A program made the translations under genes and the position numbers. From an uncultured Gemmatimonadales bacterium (GTDB lineage Bacteria; Gemmatimonadota; Gemmatimonadetes; Gemmatimonadales; GWC2-71-9), in the NCBI GenBank assembly GCA_963730185.1, contig CAVSQW010000012.1, positions 64,001 to 128,000 on the forward strand: a DNA stretch of 64,000 nucleotides, given 5' to 3'. Of the stretch, positions 19,597 to 32,543 are shown piece by piece (position 1 is the stretch's first letter; each line of letters opens with the position of its first letter). Under the pieces are notes generated by a model. That model was not told the origin of the DNA. It searched no databases and saw only the letters and a list, made by a program, of their open reading frames with translations.

Positions 19597-21273
19597 ATGA
19601 ATCCTTCCGTAAGGGCGACGATCTGGGACCTCGCCAACCGCCCGCTCGACGTCCTCGTCATCGGTGGCGGCGTGACCGGCGCCGGCATCGCCCGGGAGGC
19701 GGCCCTCCGCGGCCGATCCGTGGCCCTGGTCGATCGCCACGACTTTGCCTGGGGCACGAGCTCCCGTTCGAGCCGTCTCATCCACGGCGGGCTACGCTAT
19801 CTCGAGCACCGGGAGTGGCATCTGGTACGGGAATCCCTGACCGAGCGGAGCATTCTGCTCCGTCTGGCGCCCCATCTGGTGCGTCCCCTGGAATTCCTCT
19901 TCCCCATCTTCGCCAGCGACCGGGTGTCCCGCCTCGAGCTCCAAGCCGGCCTGATCGTGTACGATATCCTCGCGCTGGGCGGTAATGTGCGCCGCCACCG
20001 GACTCTGGGCAAGCGAGCCGTCCTCGACCAGGAGCCACTGCTCCGCGATCGCGGCCTCAAGGGCGGGGCGCTCTACTGGGATGCCCAATGCGACGACGCC
20101 CGGCTCACCCTGGCGACCATCCGGTCGGCGGTGGATCACGGGGCCCTGGTCGCCAACTATGCCTGTGTGACCGCCCTCGAGCGGGTCGACGGTCGGATCA
20201 CCAGCGCCGTGATCGAGGATCAGCTCACCGGCGCCCAGGCCACGATCACGGCCCGGGCCATCGTCAACGCGACCGGCCCCTGGTGCGACCTCCTCCGGGG
20301 CATGGAAGACCCCGGCGCCACCCCGCTGCTCCGCCCTACCCGGGGGGCCCACGTCATGGTCCCTCGGGCCCGGCTCGGCCACCATCACGCCATCACCTTC
20401 TTGAGCCCGGTCGACGGGCGGGTGATGTTCGTCCTCCCCTGGGGCGACCGGTCCTACATCGGCACGACCGACACGGACGACTCGGTGGACCCCGAAGGCG
20501 TGGCCCCGACCGACGAGGATGTCCTCTACCTCCTCCGCTCAGCCAACGCGCTCTTTCCCGGCGCCCGCCTCGGCCCCGAAGACGTAACCATGAGCTGGGC
20601 CGGCCTTCGGCCCCTCATTGCGGCGGCCGACGCCCGCGGTCCGGACGCCACCTCACGCGAGCACCGAGTCGAGGTGGGTTCGGGCGGGATGATCAGCGTG
20701 GCCGGCGGCAAGCTCACCACCTACCGGCGGATGGCGGTGGAGGTGGTGAACCGGGTCGACCAGGCGCTCGACCCGGACCGGAAGCTCCGCCCCGCCAAGC
20801 CCGGCACCGAGCCGAGTGCGCAGGAGACCCTTCCGGGCGGAGGTCGGTTCGATCGGGGGCGGGTCTTTGCCCAGGGCGTGGGCCGGGGTCTCTCCGAGGC
20901 GACCGTCGCCCACCTGGTGGGGCAATATGGAGACGAGACCCCGACCTTCTACGCCCTCGCGGCCGAGCTCGCGGAGCTCTCCGAGCCGGTCCACCCCCAC
21001 CACGGCGCCATCGGCGCGGAGGTCGTCTTCGCGGTGCGGAGGGAATTCGCTCGGCGGCTGGACGACGTGATGGTGCGCCGCTTGGCGCTGGTCTACGAAA
21101 CGCCGGACGCCGGGGTGGCGGCCATCCCCACGGTCGCGTCAATCATGGCCCGGGAGCTCGGTTGGGACGAGACCCGGCACCGGGAGGAGATTCAGCGGTT
21201 CGAGCATTTCCTGGCGTCGGTGCCCCACGCTCGGCCAGCCGCGAGTCCGGATCCAGGCTCCCCCGACCGATAA
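19597..21273 (+). CDS. glpD: FAD-dependent glycerol-3-phosphate dehydrogenase
   Basis: IGGGVTGAG, GTSSRSSRLIHGGLRYLE, DDARL, GTTD, WAGLRPL, GGKLTTYRRMA. Confidence 0.94.
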   Translation: MNPSVRATIWDLANRPLDVLVIGGGVTGAGIAREAALRGRSVALVDRHDFAWGTSSRSSRLIHGGLRYLEHREWHLVRESLTERSILLRLAPHLVRPLEFLFPIFASDRVSRLELQAGLIVYDILALGGNVRRHRTLGKRAVLDQEPLLRDRGLKGGALYWDAQCDDARLTLATIRSAVDHGALVANYACVTALERVDGRITSAVIEDQLTGAQATITARAIVNATGPWCDLLRGMEDPGATPLLRPTRGAHVMVPRARLGHHHAITFLSPVDGRVMFVLPWGDRSYIGTTDTDDSVDPEGVAPTDEDVLYLLRSANALFPGARLGPEDVTMSWAGLRPLIAAADARGPDATSREHRVEVGSGGMISVAGGKLTTYRRMAVEVVNRVDQALDPDRKLRPAKPGTEPSAQETLPGGGRFDRGRVFAQGVGRGLSEATVAHLVGQYGDETPTFYALAAELAELSEPVHPHHGAIGAEVVFAVRREFARRLDDVMVRRLALVYETPDAGVAAIPTVASIMARELGWDETRHREEIQRFEHFLASVPHARPAASPDPGSPDR

Positions 21274-21357
21274 TCCGGACCGGGTCGAGCCGTTGTCGCG
21301 GCGGTCGGGCCCGCGGGAACGGTTATCTTGCAAGGACTTGGCAAGGGAACACAGGGC

Positions 21358-24300
21358 ATGACGGACGCATTCCAGGATCCCAACGTCTTCGAGACCGCCA
21401 ACGCCGGGTTCGCGCAAGCGCTGTACGAAGACTTTCTCAAAGACCCGAGCACCGTCGCTCCGGAGTGGCGGCGCCTCTTCGAGGCGGGGCGGGTCGGCGA
21501 AGCGCCGCCGCCCGCCCCGCCCACCTCGGGCAACGGCGCGGCCGCCCCCACCGGCAACGGGACGGGCAAGGCCGCCGCCGAGGCGGCGCCGCCCAACGCG
21601 ACCCTGATCAAGGGTCCGGCCGCGCGTCTCGCGGCCAACATGAACGAGAGCCTCTCGGTCCCCACCGCCACCACGTTCCGGGAAATCCCGGTCCGGGTGC
21701 TGGAAGCCGAACGCGCCTCGCTCAACACGGCCTTGAAGGCCGCTGGCCGCGCCGAGAAACTCTCGTTCACCCACCTGATCGGCTATGCCCTGGTCCGGGC
21801 GCTGATCCGCCACCCCGCCCTGACCCACACCTTCCAGCTCATCGACCGGGCGCCCTTCCGGGTCACACCCACGGGCGTGCACCTCGGCCTCGCGGTCGAC
21901 ATGGAGCGGAAGGACGGCTCGCGCGGGCTGGTGGTCCCGGTGCTCAAGCATGCCGAGGGCATCGAGCTTCGCCGAGTTCCACAGGGCGTATGAGTCGTTG
22001 GTCGAGCGGGCCCGGACCAACAAGCTCGATGCCGGACGACTTCGTCGGTGCCACCGTCACCCTGACCAACCCCGGCGGGCTCGGCACCGTGGCCTCGGTG
22101 CCCCGCCTGATGGCGGGTCAGGCCAGCATCATCGCGGTGGGGTCGATCGGCTACCCACCCGAATACGCCGGGTTCGGCAAGGAACGGATCGCCCAGCTCG
22201 GGGTGGGCAAGGTCATGATGCTCACCAGCACCTACGACCACCGGGTGATCCAGGGCGCCGAGTCCGGGGAGCTCCTCCGGACCCTGGAGGACCTCCTCAC
22301 CGACGAGGAGGAGTTCCAGGGCATCGCAGCCGACCTGGGAATCGGGCAGCCCGGCGGCGCCCTCCGGGCTCCCCGCCCCAGCGTGGCGATTCCGATGCCG
22401 GGCTCGCCCCCGCTCACCACGACGCTGGCGACGGCCCCGGCCTCCACCGAGGACCTGGCCCAGGTGGCCGCCGCGATGGCGCTGGTCAAGGCGTTCCGGA
22501 CCCACGGGCACCTCGCCGCGCACCTCGACCCGCTGGGCAGCCCGCCGATCGGCGACCCCGCGCTCGATCCCGACCTCCTCGGCCTCACGCCGGAAGTCAT
22601 GGCCCGAATTCCCGCGAGCGTCCTCCGGATCGCGGTGCCCGGCCCGACCCTGGCCGATGCGCTCCCCGCCCTTCAGGCCACCTACTGCGGCACCATGGCT
22701 TACGAGGTCGAGCACATCGCCAGCCACGAGGAACGGGTCTGGCTCCGGGCCCAGATCGAGTCGGGCGCCCACCGGACTCCGCTCTCGACCGAAGAGCGGG
22801 TGGCGCTCTACCAACGGCTGGTCCAGGTGGAGTCGTTCGAGCGGTTTCTCCACAAAGCCTATCTGGGGCAGAAGCGGTTCTCCATCGAGGGGCTCGACCT
22901 GCTGGTTCCGATGCTCGACCTGACCGTCGCGCTCGCCGGTGACCAGGGGGCCCGGGAGATGGTCCTGGGCATGGCCCACCGAGGCCGCCTCAGCGTGCTG
23001 GCCCACAACCTCGGCCGCCCCTACGTCACGATCTTCTCCGAGTTCGAGGGCAAGAAGCCCGGCAAGGAAGGCGAGGACGAGGGCACCGGCGACGTGAAGT
23101 ACCATCAGGGCGCCGAGGGCGCGGTGCAGACGCCATCCGGCCGCTCGGTGGCGATCACCCTGGCGAACAACCCGAGCCACCTGGAGTTCGTCGGCCCCGT
23201 GGTCGACGGCCGGGCTCGGGCCCGGCAGACCCTCCGCACCACCGGCAACGGCTATCACGATCCCTCGGCCGCCCTGCCCGTGGTGGTCCACGGCGACGCC
23301 GCGTTCGCCGGCCAGGGCGTGGTCCAGGAGACCCTCAACCTGGGCTCCCTGCTCGGCTACCGGACCGGTGGCACCATCCACGTCATCGCCAACAACCAGG
23401 TGGGCTTCACCACCGATTGCGACGACGCCCGGTCCACCCGCTACGCCAGCGACCTGGCCAAGGGCTTCGACATTCCGATCGTCCACGTCAACGCCGACGA
23501 CGCCGAGGCCTGCCTGGCCGCGGTCCGGCTGGCGATGATGTATCGAGAGAAGTTCGCCAACGACGTGCTGATCGACCTGGTCGGCTACCGCCGTCACGGT
23601 CACAACGAGGGCGACGAGCCGGCCTACACCCAGCCGCTCATGTACGAGCGGATCAAGAGCCACCCGACCGTTCGCCAGCTGTACGCCGAGACGCTCGCCG
23701 CCGACGGGGTGCTCGCCCCGGACGCGGGCGCCGCCCAGTACGACGCCGCCTACCAGCATCTGGTCGAGCTCCAGCAGGGCTTCAAAGCATCGCTGGCCCA
23801 CGCCCCGCCGGCCGACCCGGCGCCGGCCCGGATCATTCGTACCGATCATCCGCCCACGGCGGTGCCGGCCGAAACCCTCGAGGCGCTGAACGAACAGCTG
23901 CTGACCTTCCCCGACGGGTTCACCGTCCACCCGAAGCTCAAACGCCAACTGGAGCGGCGGCGAGCGGCGCTCGGCCCCGAGGGCGGCATCGACTGGGGGC
24001 ACGCCGAAGCCCTGGCGATGAGCTCGCTCCTGGTGGAGGGGATTCCGATCCGGTTGACCGGTCAGGATACCGAGCGCGGCACCTTCAGCCACCGGCACGT
24101 GGTGCTGCACGACGCCGTCACCGGCGAGCACGTCTGTCCGATGCAGCGGCTCCCGGGGGCGCAGGCCTCGTTCGAGGTGCACAACAGCCCGCTCTCGGAG
24201 CTGGCGACGCTGGGCTTCGAATACGGATACAGCACCGCCGCTACCGAAACACTGGTGATCTGGGAGGCGCAGTTCGGCGACTTCATCAACAGCGCCCAGG

Positions 24301-25019
24301 TGATCGTCGATCAGTTCATCGCGGCCGGCTGGGCCAAGTGGGGCGTCACCTCGCGGCTCACCCTGCTCCTCCCGCACGGGTACGAGGGCCAGGGGCCCGA
24401 GCACTCGAGCGCCAGGTTGGAGCGGTTCCTCCAAATCGCCGCCGAGGGCAACATCAGGATCGCGAACTGCACCACGGCGGCTCAGTACTTCCACCTGCTC
24501 CGTCGCCAGGCCCGCCGGAGCCGGCAGCGGCCGCTCGTGGTGTTCACGCCCAAGAGCCTGCTCCGGCTCCCGATGGCCAACGGCCGGCTCAGCGACCTGA
24601 CCAGCGGGGAATTCCATCCTGTCCTCGACGACGCCCACGCCCGGGGGCGGGCCGACGAGATCCGCCGAATCGTGCTCTGCTCGGGCAAGGTCTACTACGA
24701 CCTCCTCTCGGGCGCCGAGCAGATGGAGACCGGACGGCCGGCCCTGATCCGGATCGAGCGGCTCTACTCGTTCCCGGAAGAGGAGTTGCTGGACGTGCTC
24801 CGGGAGTATCCCGCCGCCCGTGAGGTGGTCTGGTGCCAGGAGGAGCCGCGGAACATGGGGGCCTGGTCCTTCATGGAGGCCCGCCTGGCTCAGCTGCTCC
24901 CCGGCGACGCAACCCTTCGCTACGTCGGCCGACCGGGCCGGGCCAGCCCCGCCGAGGGATACCACGACGCACATAACGCCGAGCAGGCCCGTCTGGTGAC
25001 CGAAGCGCTCGCTCGCTGA
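21358..25019 (+). CDS. kgd: Multifunctional 2-oxoglutarate dehydrogenase, fused E2 (succinyltransferase)-E1, Kgd/OdhA type; two frameshifts near 21963 and 22027
   Basis: E2-like LTNPGGLGT and STYDHRVIQGAESG, then E1 KRFSIEG, GMAHRGRL, GDVKYH, HGDAAF..GQG, RRHGHNEGDEP, WEAQFGDF, PEHSSAR; joined from three reading frames. Confidence 0.9.
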
Positions 25020-25073
25020 GCCGGGCTCGATCAAGTCCGTGCGGGGGCGCCTGAAGCCCGGCTAGGTTTCGGC

Positions 25074-26468
<1,395 letters not shown>

Positions 26469-26470
26469 CG

Positions 26471-27503
26471 ATGGATGCCTCGAACTCCGGGTGATCTGGT
26501 TCGTCCTGCTCGGCGCGATCTGATACGGCTACGCCGTGCTCGACGGCTTCGACCTGGGCGTCGGGATCCTGCACACCTGGCGCTCCGGGGCGACGAGGAG
26601 CGCCGGCTCGCCATCAACGCGATCGGGCCGGTCTGGGACGGGAACGAGGTCTGGCTGGTGGACGGGAGGGGCGCGCTGTTCGCGGCGTTCCCCGAGGTCT
26701 ACGCCAGCGTCTTCTCCGGGTTCTACACCGCGTTCATGCTGCTGCTCCTCACCCTGATCTTCCGGGCCGTCGCCATCGAGTTCCGGAGCAAGCGACCCTC
26801 GCCCGCCTGGCGGCGCGGGTGGGACTACGCGTTCGCGGGCGGCAGCGCGGGCGCGGCCCTGCTGGTCGGGCTCGCGTTCGGCAACGTGGCCGCCGGCGTG
26901 CCGCTCGACGCCGACCACAACTCTCCGGATCGGGCTGCTCGGCCTGCTCCGGCCCTACCCGATGCTGGTCGGCGATCACGACGATCGCGCTGTTCGCCCT
27001 GCACGGCTGTCTCTACCTCGATCCTCAAGACTGGAGGGCGCCCCGCAGGCCCGGGTCCGCCGCTGGGTCCAGCCCCTGATGATCGGCTTCATCCTCTGCT
27101 TACGCCTTCACCACGGTGGCCACGCTGCTCTATCAGCCCCACCTGGCCGAGCGATTCCGCGGCCAGCCCGCCTGGTTCGTGGTGCCCGCGCTCACGATCC
27201 TGGCCGTGGCGAACATCCCTCGGGAGCTCCACCTTGGGCGCGAGTTCCGGGCCTTCCTCTCCTCCGGCGCGGCCATCGGCCTGCTGATGTCGCTGGTGGC
27301 GATCGGGCTGTTCCCCGTCATCGTCTTCTCCGACCCACATCCCGAGCGGAGCCTGACGATCTACAACTCCGCCAGCTCCGACGCGACCCTCCGCACCATG
27401 CTGGTGGTCGCCGCCGTCGGGATTGCCGCTGGTGATCGCCTACACGGCGATGATCTACTGGATCTTCCGCGGCAAGGTCCGGCTGGACCCACACAGCTAC
27501 TAG
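26471..27503 (+). pseudogene. cydB: Cytochrome bd ubiquinol oxidase subunit II, many frameshifts
   Basis: LDGFDLGVG, IGPVWDGNEVWL, AFPEVYASVFSGFY, LTIYNSASS, ends IYWIFRGKVRLDPHSY*. Confidence 0.88.
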
Positions 27504-27543
27504 CGGCGTCCGGCTCGCGAGCCCGGCACCCCACCAAGCCCAA

Positions 27544-27571
27544 GCGGGCCGACCCGAGAGGGCCGGCCCGC
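27544..27571. terminator. GC-rich hairpin between convergent genes, possible terminator
   Basis: GCGGGCCGACCC-GAGA-GGGCCGGCCCGC; no long U tract. Confidence 0.5.
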
Positions 27572-27596
27572 CAGGTTCGGTCGCCGTACCGGTGGC

Positions 27597-29630
27597 TTAC
27601 TGCGTCTTGACCTCGACGTCGAGATACGAGCTCCCGCCTCGATCGAGGCCCCGCACCGCAAGCACGTGGCTCCCGGCCGACACCCCGCTCACGGTGAAGA
27701 CGAAGCTGTCCAGCGTCGGACATCCGTCATGGGTCCTGAGCCCACCGCTGACGTCGACGCCGTCGAGGTACACCTGGACGTCGTTGTCGATCGCCACCGC
27801 GATCCGGAGCGTCGCCGTGGTGGGGAGGGTCAGCGTTCGACGCAAGAGGATGCCGCGGTTGATTGGCCAATCAGTCACGACCCCGGCGTTCAGAGCGCAT
27901 CCGCTCGGGCTGCCAAACGCCGCGGTCCCAAGCGAGTAGGCCGAGTCGTCGTAGCCGGGCTGCTCCCAGCCGGGAGGCGGCGTCGTCTCGCGCTGGAACT
28001 TCCACCCACCGCTGCCGTACGCCACGAGCGTATTGGTGCCGGTGGCGTGGAAGGTCTGCGTTCCCGTCTGGAGGCTCACCGGCATCAGCGGGTTGGGCAC
28101 CGGATCGTTGGCCGGGTTGAAGTAGGGCTCGATCGCCATGAACGGATCGAAGATCGAGCGGGGGCCGTCGGCGTTGGCCCCGGCGATGCCCCGGCCACTG
28201 GCGATCAGCTGGTTCGATCCGGTCCCGATGGTCCAGGCGGTGCTGGCCAGACCGTCGACGGCGGTGACCACCGTCCCCGGGGTGGCCGAGCCGTTCCCGG
28301 AGAAGCTTACCCGGGCGCCCGGGCAGGGCTCGTCGCCGAGATCGGTCACCAGCACCGTCGGATTGACGGGGAGGGTCGATCCCGCGGGCACCGTCTGCCC
28401 GTCGCCGGCGGTGATCTGCATCTTGCAGGGCAGCGCGAACTGGAAGTCGCTGAACCCCGCCACCAAGCCGCCGCCACCCCGGTGTAGGGCCATCAACGGC
28501 GTGGGGCCGACCAAGCTGGCCAATTGCTCTCCCGCCGAGCCCCAATCGCCCCGCACGAGCGAACGCACCGCTCCCCGGAGCTGGCCCAAGGCGCCGACGA
28601 CCGGGGGAGTGCAGTCGGCCTGCCCGTGGGGCACGGCCTCGACCACATTGTCGCTCCGGAGCCGGTGCAGGGTCACCCGCTCCTCCTGGGTATGCGGCAA
28701 GGCCGACACGTCGGGCGGATAGTCGCAGATGAACACCGTGGCGGGCGGATCGAGCGGCTGGGCCAGCAGCGGGGTGGTCGAGACGTGGAGGCACCCGCCG
28801 TAGGTCGGCAGGTCGATGACGCGGGGGTTCAGGTCGGGGCAGGTCTGCACCGTGACCGTGACCGGCTGCGTCTGAGTGTTCTGAGGCGGGAAGCCCACCC
28901 CGCTCGGAGCGTCCAGCGGATTGGTGACGACCGACACCGTGCCGCCGGTGCCGAGGTTCACCACGGCGGTGGCACAGGGGTCGGTCCCTCCCGGATTGGC
29001 GCAGAGCGCCCGGTTCTCGATCCGGAACTTGATCTGGGCCGTCTGGCCGTCCTTCCGGGCGATGAACTCGCCGGTGTTGACGTTCTTGAGGTCCTTCCCG
29101 CCGGTGACCGAGTGAACGTCCGCGAAGCCCAGCACGGTCGTGCCCACCAGGACCCGGACTCGGTAGAACGCGTCGCTCGAGGTGGGAGCCCGCCACTTGA
29201 CGTGATAGTGGCCACCGCGGTCACCGTCGTCGTCGGCATCGTCGTCCTCGTCGCCGTTCCGGGGCGCATGGAGGCGGACGCCGTCGTTGCCGCTGGTCAC
29301 GAAGGGGAAGCTCACGGCATAGCCACCGGACCGGCAGGGCGTTCCGAACTGGACGTCCGATTCCTGGGCGGTCGAAGGCAGATCCAACGCGCAGACCGTC
29401 ACGGTCGGCTGGAGGCCGGCGTTGAACCCGTCGGGCGACCAGTTCGGACTGTGGCGCGGGTTGGGTACCAAGGGCGGAAGGAAGAAGAAGTCCGGGTTGC
29501 CGACCTGCCCGTGGGCACCGTCCGAAATCACGAACGACGGGGCGTTGCCAGGGGTGGCAGGGTTCTGGACATCGCCTTGGCAGCCAGCTGCCAAAACGAC
29601 CAGAACGGAGACGGCCAGGCGTCGATCCAT
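27597..29630 (-). CDS. Large lipoprotein with a Big_1-like Ig module and a C-terminal galactose-binding-like jelly-roll
   Basis: Lipobox LAAGC; AGDGQTVPAGSTLP..VLVTD Ig motif; GWEQPGYDDSAY...LLRRTL..IDNDVQVYLDG; domain labels inferred. Confidence 0.78.
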   Translation of the reverse strand: MDRRLAVSVLVVLAAGCQGDVQNPATPGNAPSFVISDGAHGQVGNPDFFFLPPLVPNPRHSPNWSPDGFNAGLQPTVTVCALDLPSTAQESDVQFGTPCRSGGYAVSFPFVTSGNDGVRLHAPRNGDEDDDADDDGDRGGHYHVKWRAPTSSDAFYRVRVLVGTTVLGFADVHSVTGGKDLKNVNTGEFIARKDGQTAQIKFRIENRALCANPGGTDPCATAVVNLGTGGTVSVVTNPLDAPSGVGFPPQNTQTQPVTVTVQTCPDLNPRVIDLPTYGGCLHVSTTPLLAQPLDPPATVFICDYPPDVSALPHTQEERVTLHRLRSDNVVEAVPHGQADCTPPVVGALGQLRGAVRSLVRGDWGSAGEQLASLVGPTPLMALHRGGGGLVAGFSDFQFALPCKMQITAGDGQTVPAGSTLPVNPTVLVTDLGDEPCPGARVSFSGNGSATPGTVVTAVDGLASTAWTIGTGSNQLIASGRGIAGANADGPRSIFDPFMAIEPYFNPANDPVPNPLMPVSLQTGTQTFHATGTNTLVAYGSGGWKFQRETTPPPGWEQPGYDDSAYSLGTAAFGSPSGCALNAGVVTDWPINRGILLRRTLTLPTTATLRIAVAIDNDVQVYLDGVDVSGGLRTHDGCPTLDSFVFTVSGVSAGSHVLAVRGLDRGGSSYLDVEVKTQ

Positions 29631-29705
29631 GGAATAGACCTTCCAACTATGCAGATCATGAAAGCGGCGGAGAGGGACTCCCTCAGCCGATGGAGAGGTG
29701 CTGTA

Positions 29706-29720
29706 GCAAGTCTAGTGCTT
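29706..29720 (-). promoter_or_regulatory. Candidate sigma54 promoter for the lipoprotein gene
   Basis: Minus strand AAGCACTAGACTTGC(T): GCAC and TTGC at consensus spacing, -25 G replaced by A. Confidence 0.45.
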
Positions 29721-29757
29721 GAACATTAGCCAGGCTAGGGCCGTTCGGCCCCAATTG

Positions 29758-29781
29758 TTCTGTTGCGTCCGCGCAACAGAA
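29758..29781. promoter_or_regulatory. Perfect 10-bp inverted repeat (contains TGT-N12-ACA), candidate activator site
   Basis: TTCTGTTGCG-TCCG-CGCAACAGAA. Confidence 0.55.
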
Positions 29782-29844
29782 AATGGCTCCGAGACGCCGC
29801 ACCAACCTGGGAGGCCAACGGGCACTCCGTCCTGGAGTGCGGTC

Positions 29845-32429
29845 TTACCGGCGGGCCATCACCTGCTGGAAGTCCGGGTCGTTCCGAAGATCCCGCCACC
29901 ACCAGTGGAGGTTCCCCCCCACCTGAAAGGAGTGGTCCGGGTTGACCGCGACGTATCGCCTGAGAAGCTGGATCGCCTCGGGGTAGTCACCCATCTGGGT
30001 CCGCATCACCGCCTCGTAGCCGGGAAGCTCCTGGTGCGGATCGACATCCAGCCCGGCCCGCGCGCCCTTGAGCACCCGGTCGGCGCTGTCTGCCAAGGCC
30101 TTGTGTCCCGGGCCGGCGGGAGTCGCTTTGGCCGCCCGCCCGATTACCCCGCCCACGATCAGCTGGGTCAGATGCGACTCGAACCGCCGATCGGTGGAGT
30201 CCGCGAGCGAGTCCGTCAGGCTGGCGAGCCGCCAGGCTGAGGCGATATCGGGCTGGGTGCCGGGAGTCAGCAGGTTCCAGAGCTGGCACTCGCCGAACCG
30301 AACATCCTTGGGGAACCGTCGATGACCTTCGCTGCACCACTTCACGGCGTCGGCGAACTGGTCGGTATCGTACGACGCCCAGAAGAGCCGCTCCAGAATG
30401 AGATCGGCCATGCTCAGATAGGCGTCCGCCTCGTACGCATTCCGGGCCGCGCGGAGCGCCGCGTAGATGTCGACCGACTCGTCCGCATAGTACACGAAGC
30501 TCAACTGGGCATAGGCCGAGGCGAGCGACGGGTCCAGCCGGACGGCGGCCTCGAGGTCCTTCCGGGCGGCCGCCAGCTGAGCCGCCCGCACCACGGGGTC
30601 GGGCGTCTGGGCCAGGCGCCACCCGGCGAATCGCAGCTCGCCCCGGAGCGCCAGGGCCGGCGCGCTCTGGGGATCGATGCCGAGGGCCTGCTCGGCCAGC
30701 GCCTCGCCGGCGTGAATCAGGTCGGTTTGCCGCCCCCGATCGCCGCCCTGCCGGGCCCGCTGGTAGGCGATCTCGCCGCGGAGGACGATCGGCGCCACCC
30801 ACTTCGGGTCTTCCCGCTGCGAGGCCGCCAGCAGGGTATCGGCCTCGGTGAGCGCTTGGACCCAGACCGAGTCTCCGACAGTCGCCTGGTCGGCTCGCTT
30901 CCGGATCCGCTCGGCGCGGTTGTAGAGCGTCCAGGCCGTCTGGTTCTCGGTTCCGGCCTGGGCCTCCCGGACTTCGATCTCGCCGCCCAAAAACTCCCGG
31001 AGCGTTCGTGACACCTCGCGGGCCACCGAGTCCTCGGCCGAGAAGAGCCGGTCGCGGGGAATGACGACGCTGGTTCGTTTGTTCAAGTCGGCGCCGGTGC
31101 CGTCGAGCAGCCGGGTGCTGATCCGGACTTTGTCCTTCCCTTCCATCTCGACCGATCCGTCGATCAAGGTGCCCGCGCTCAGGGCCCGGGCGATGCTGTC
31201 GACCGGCACCGTTCGGTCGTGGTAGAGCTCCACCCCGTTTCGAGAGACTACATTCAGCGCCCGAACCCGGGAGAGCGCCCGAATCAGGCCTTCGGTGAGT
31301 CCGTCGGCGACCGGGGCGAGCTCCGGGTTGTCGCCGGGGTTCCGGAAGTAGAGGACCGCCACCCGGTCGGGCGGAGCGGTGAGACCCAACGCCGAAGCAC
31401 GGGCCGCGGAGGCGTTGGGGCGGAGGAGCCCGGTACCCGATCCACCCAACGGCCACGAGGATCACCGCGGCGAGCCCCAGGACCCAGGGCCGACGCCAGA
31501 GCGGGGTCCCGGCCGCGGTAGCCGGCGAAGGTCGGCTGGGTCGGCACCCGGCGACTGGCCGTGGCCCGGATGGAGGTGCGCCGGCTCGCGGTCGCGCCGA
31601 TCGGAAGCCCCAGGAACTCGGAGAACTGCGCCGCCGTCTGCGGGCGGTCCGCCGGCACCTTGGCCATCGTCGCAAAGATCGCGTCCTCGACCTCCTCGGG
31701 CACCGTGTTCCGGACGATCCGGATGCTCGGAACCGCTTCCATGGCATGGCGCGCCATCAGGGCCTGGGCGCTCTTGGCCGTGAAGGGCGGCTCGCCCGCG
31801 AGCATCTCGTAGAGGACGCAGCCCAGGCTGTAGAGATCGGCCGTCGGCCCGACCGTCTCGCCCACCGCCTGCTCGGGCGCCATGTAGACCGGCGTCCCGA
31901 CGGCCATCCCGGTCTGGGTGAGCTTCTGGCCGCCGCCTTCGGTCACGGCTCGAGCGATCCCGAAATCGGCGACCAGGGCGTGACCGCCGGACAGGAGCAC
32001 GTTCTCCGGTTTGATGTCGCGGTGGACGATCCCCAGTTGATGGGCGTAGCCGAGGGCGTCCGCCACCTCGAGCGCGACCTGCAGGGCGTCGTCGATCGGG
32101 AGCTGGCCCTCGCGATCGAGCCGGTCGCGGAGTGACTCGCCCTGCACGAACGGCATCACGTAGTAGAGGAGGCCGTCCGCCGCGCCGGAGTCGTAGAGGC
32201 CGAGAATGTGCGGATGCTGGAGCTTGGCGGCGAGCTTGATCTCCCGCTCGAACCGGTCGGCGCCGATCGTCGCGGCCAGCTCGGGGTGGAGCACCTTGAT
32301 TGCGACGTCGCGGTCGTGCTTCAGGTCCTTCGCCAGGAAAACGGTGGCCATGCCGCCCCGGCCGAGCTCCCGCTCGATCGCGTACTGATCACTCAGCAGA
32401 GCCCGGAGCCGTTCCTGGATCGTGGACAT
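29845..32429 (-). CDS. Hanks-type Ser/Thr protein kinase with TM helix, TolB_N/CsgG-like domain and TPR region; two frameshifts near 31515 and 31430
   Basis: [51 protein letters not shown] in a second frame; [21 protein letters not shown] and helical repeats in a third. Confidence 0.88.
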
Positions 32430-32543
32430 GGCTTTCGCAGCGGGATTGGAAGATATCGGGCGATCAAGGATCGCCGGATAGAATATGCCGATCGCCCGAA
32501 TGCGCGCCAGCAATGCCCGGAACCGGGGGCTGGCCGGCTTCGG

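Noticed and set aside
21783..25034. Very long antisense ORFs (e.g. 1083 aa here, 739 aa at 9353, 692 aa at 16059)
   Set aside because: Typical stop-poor shadow frames opposite real genes in high-GC DNA
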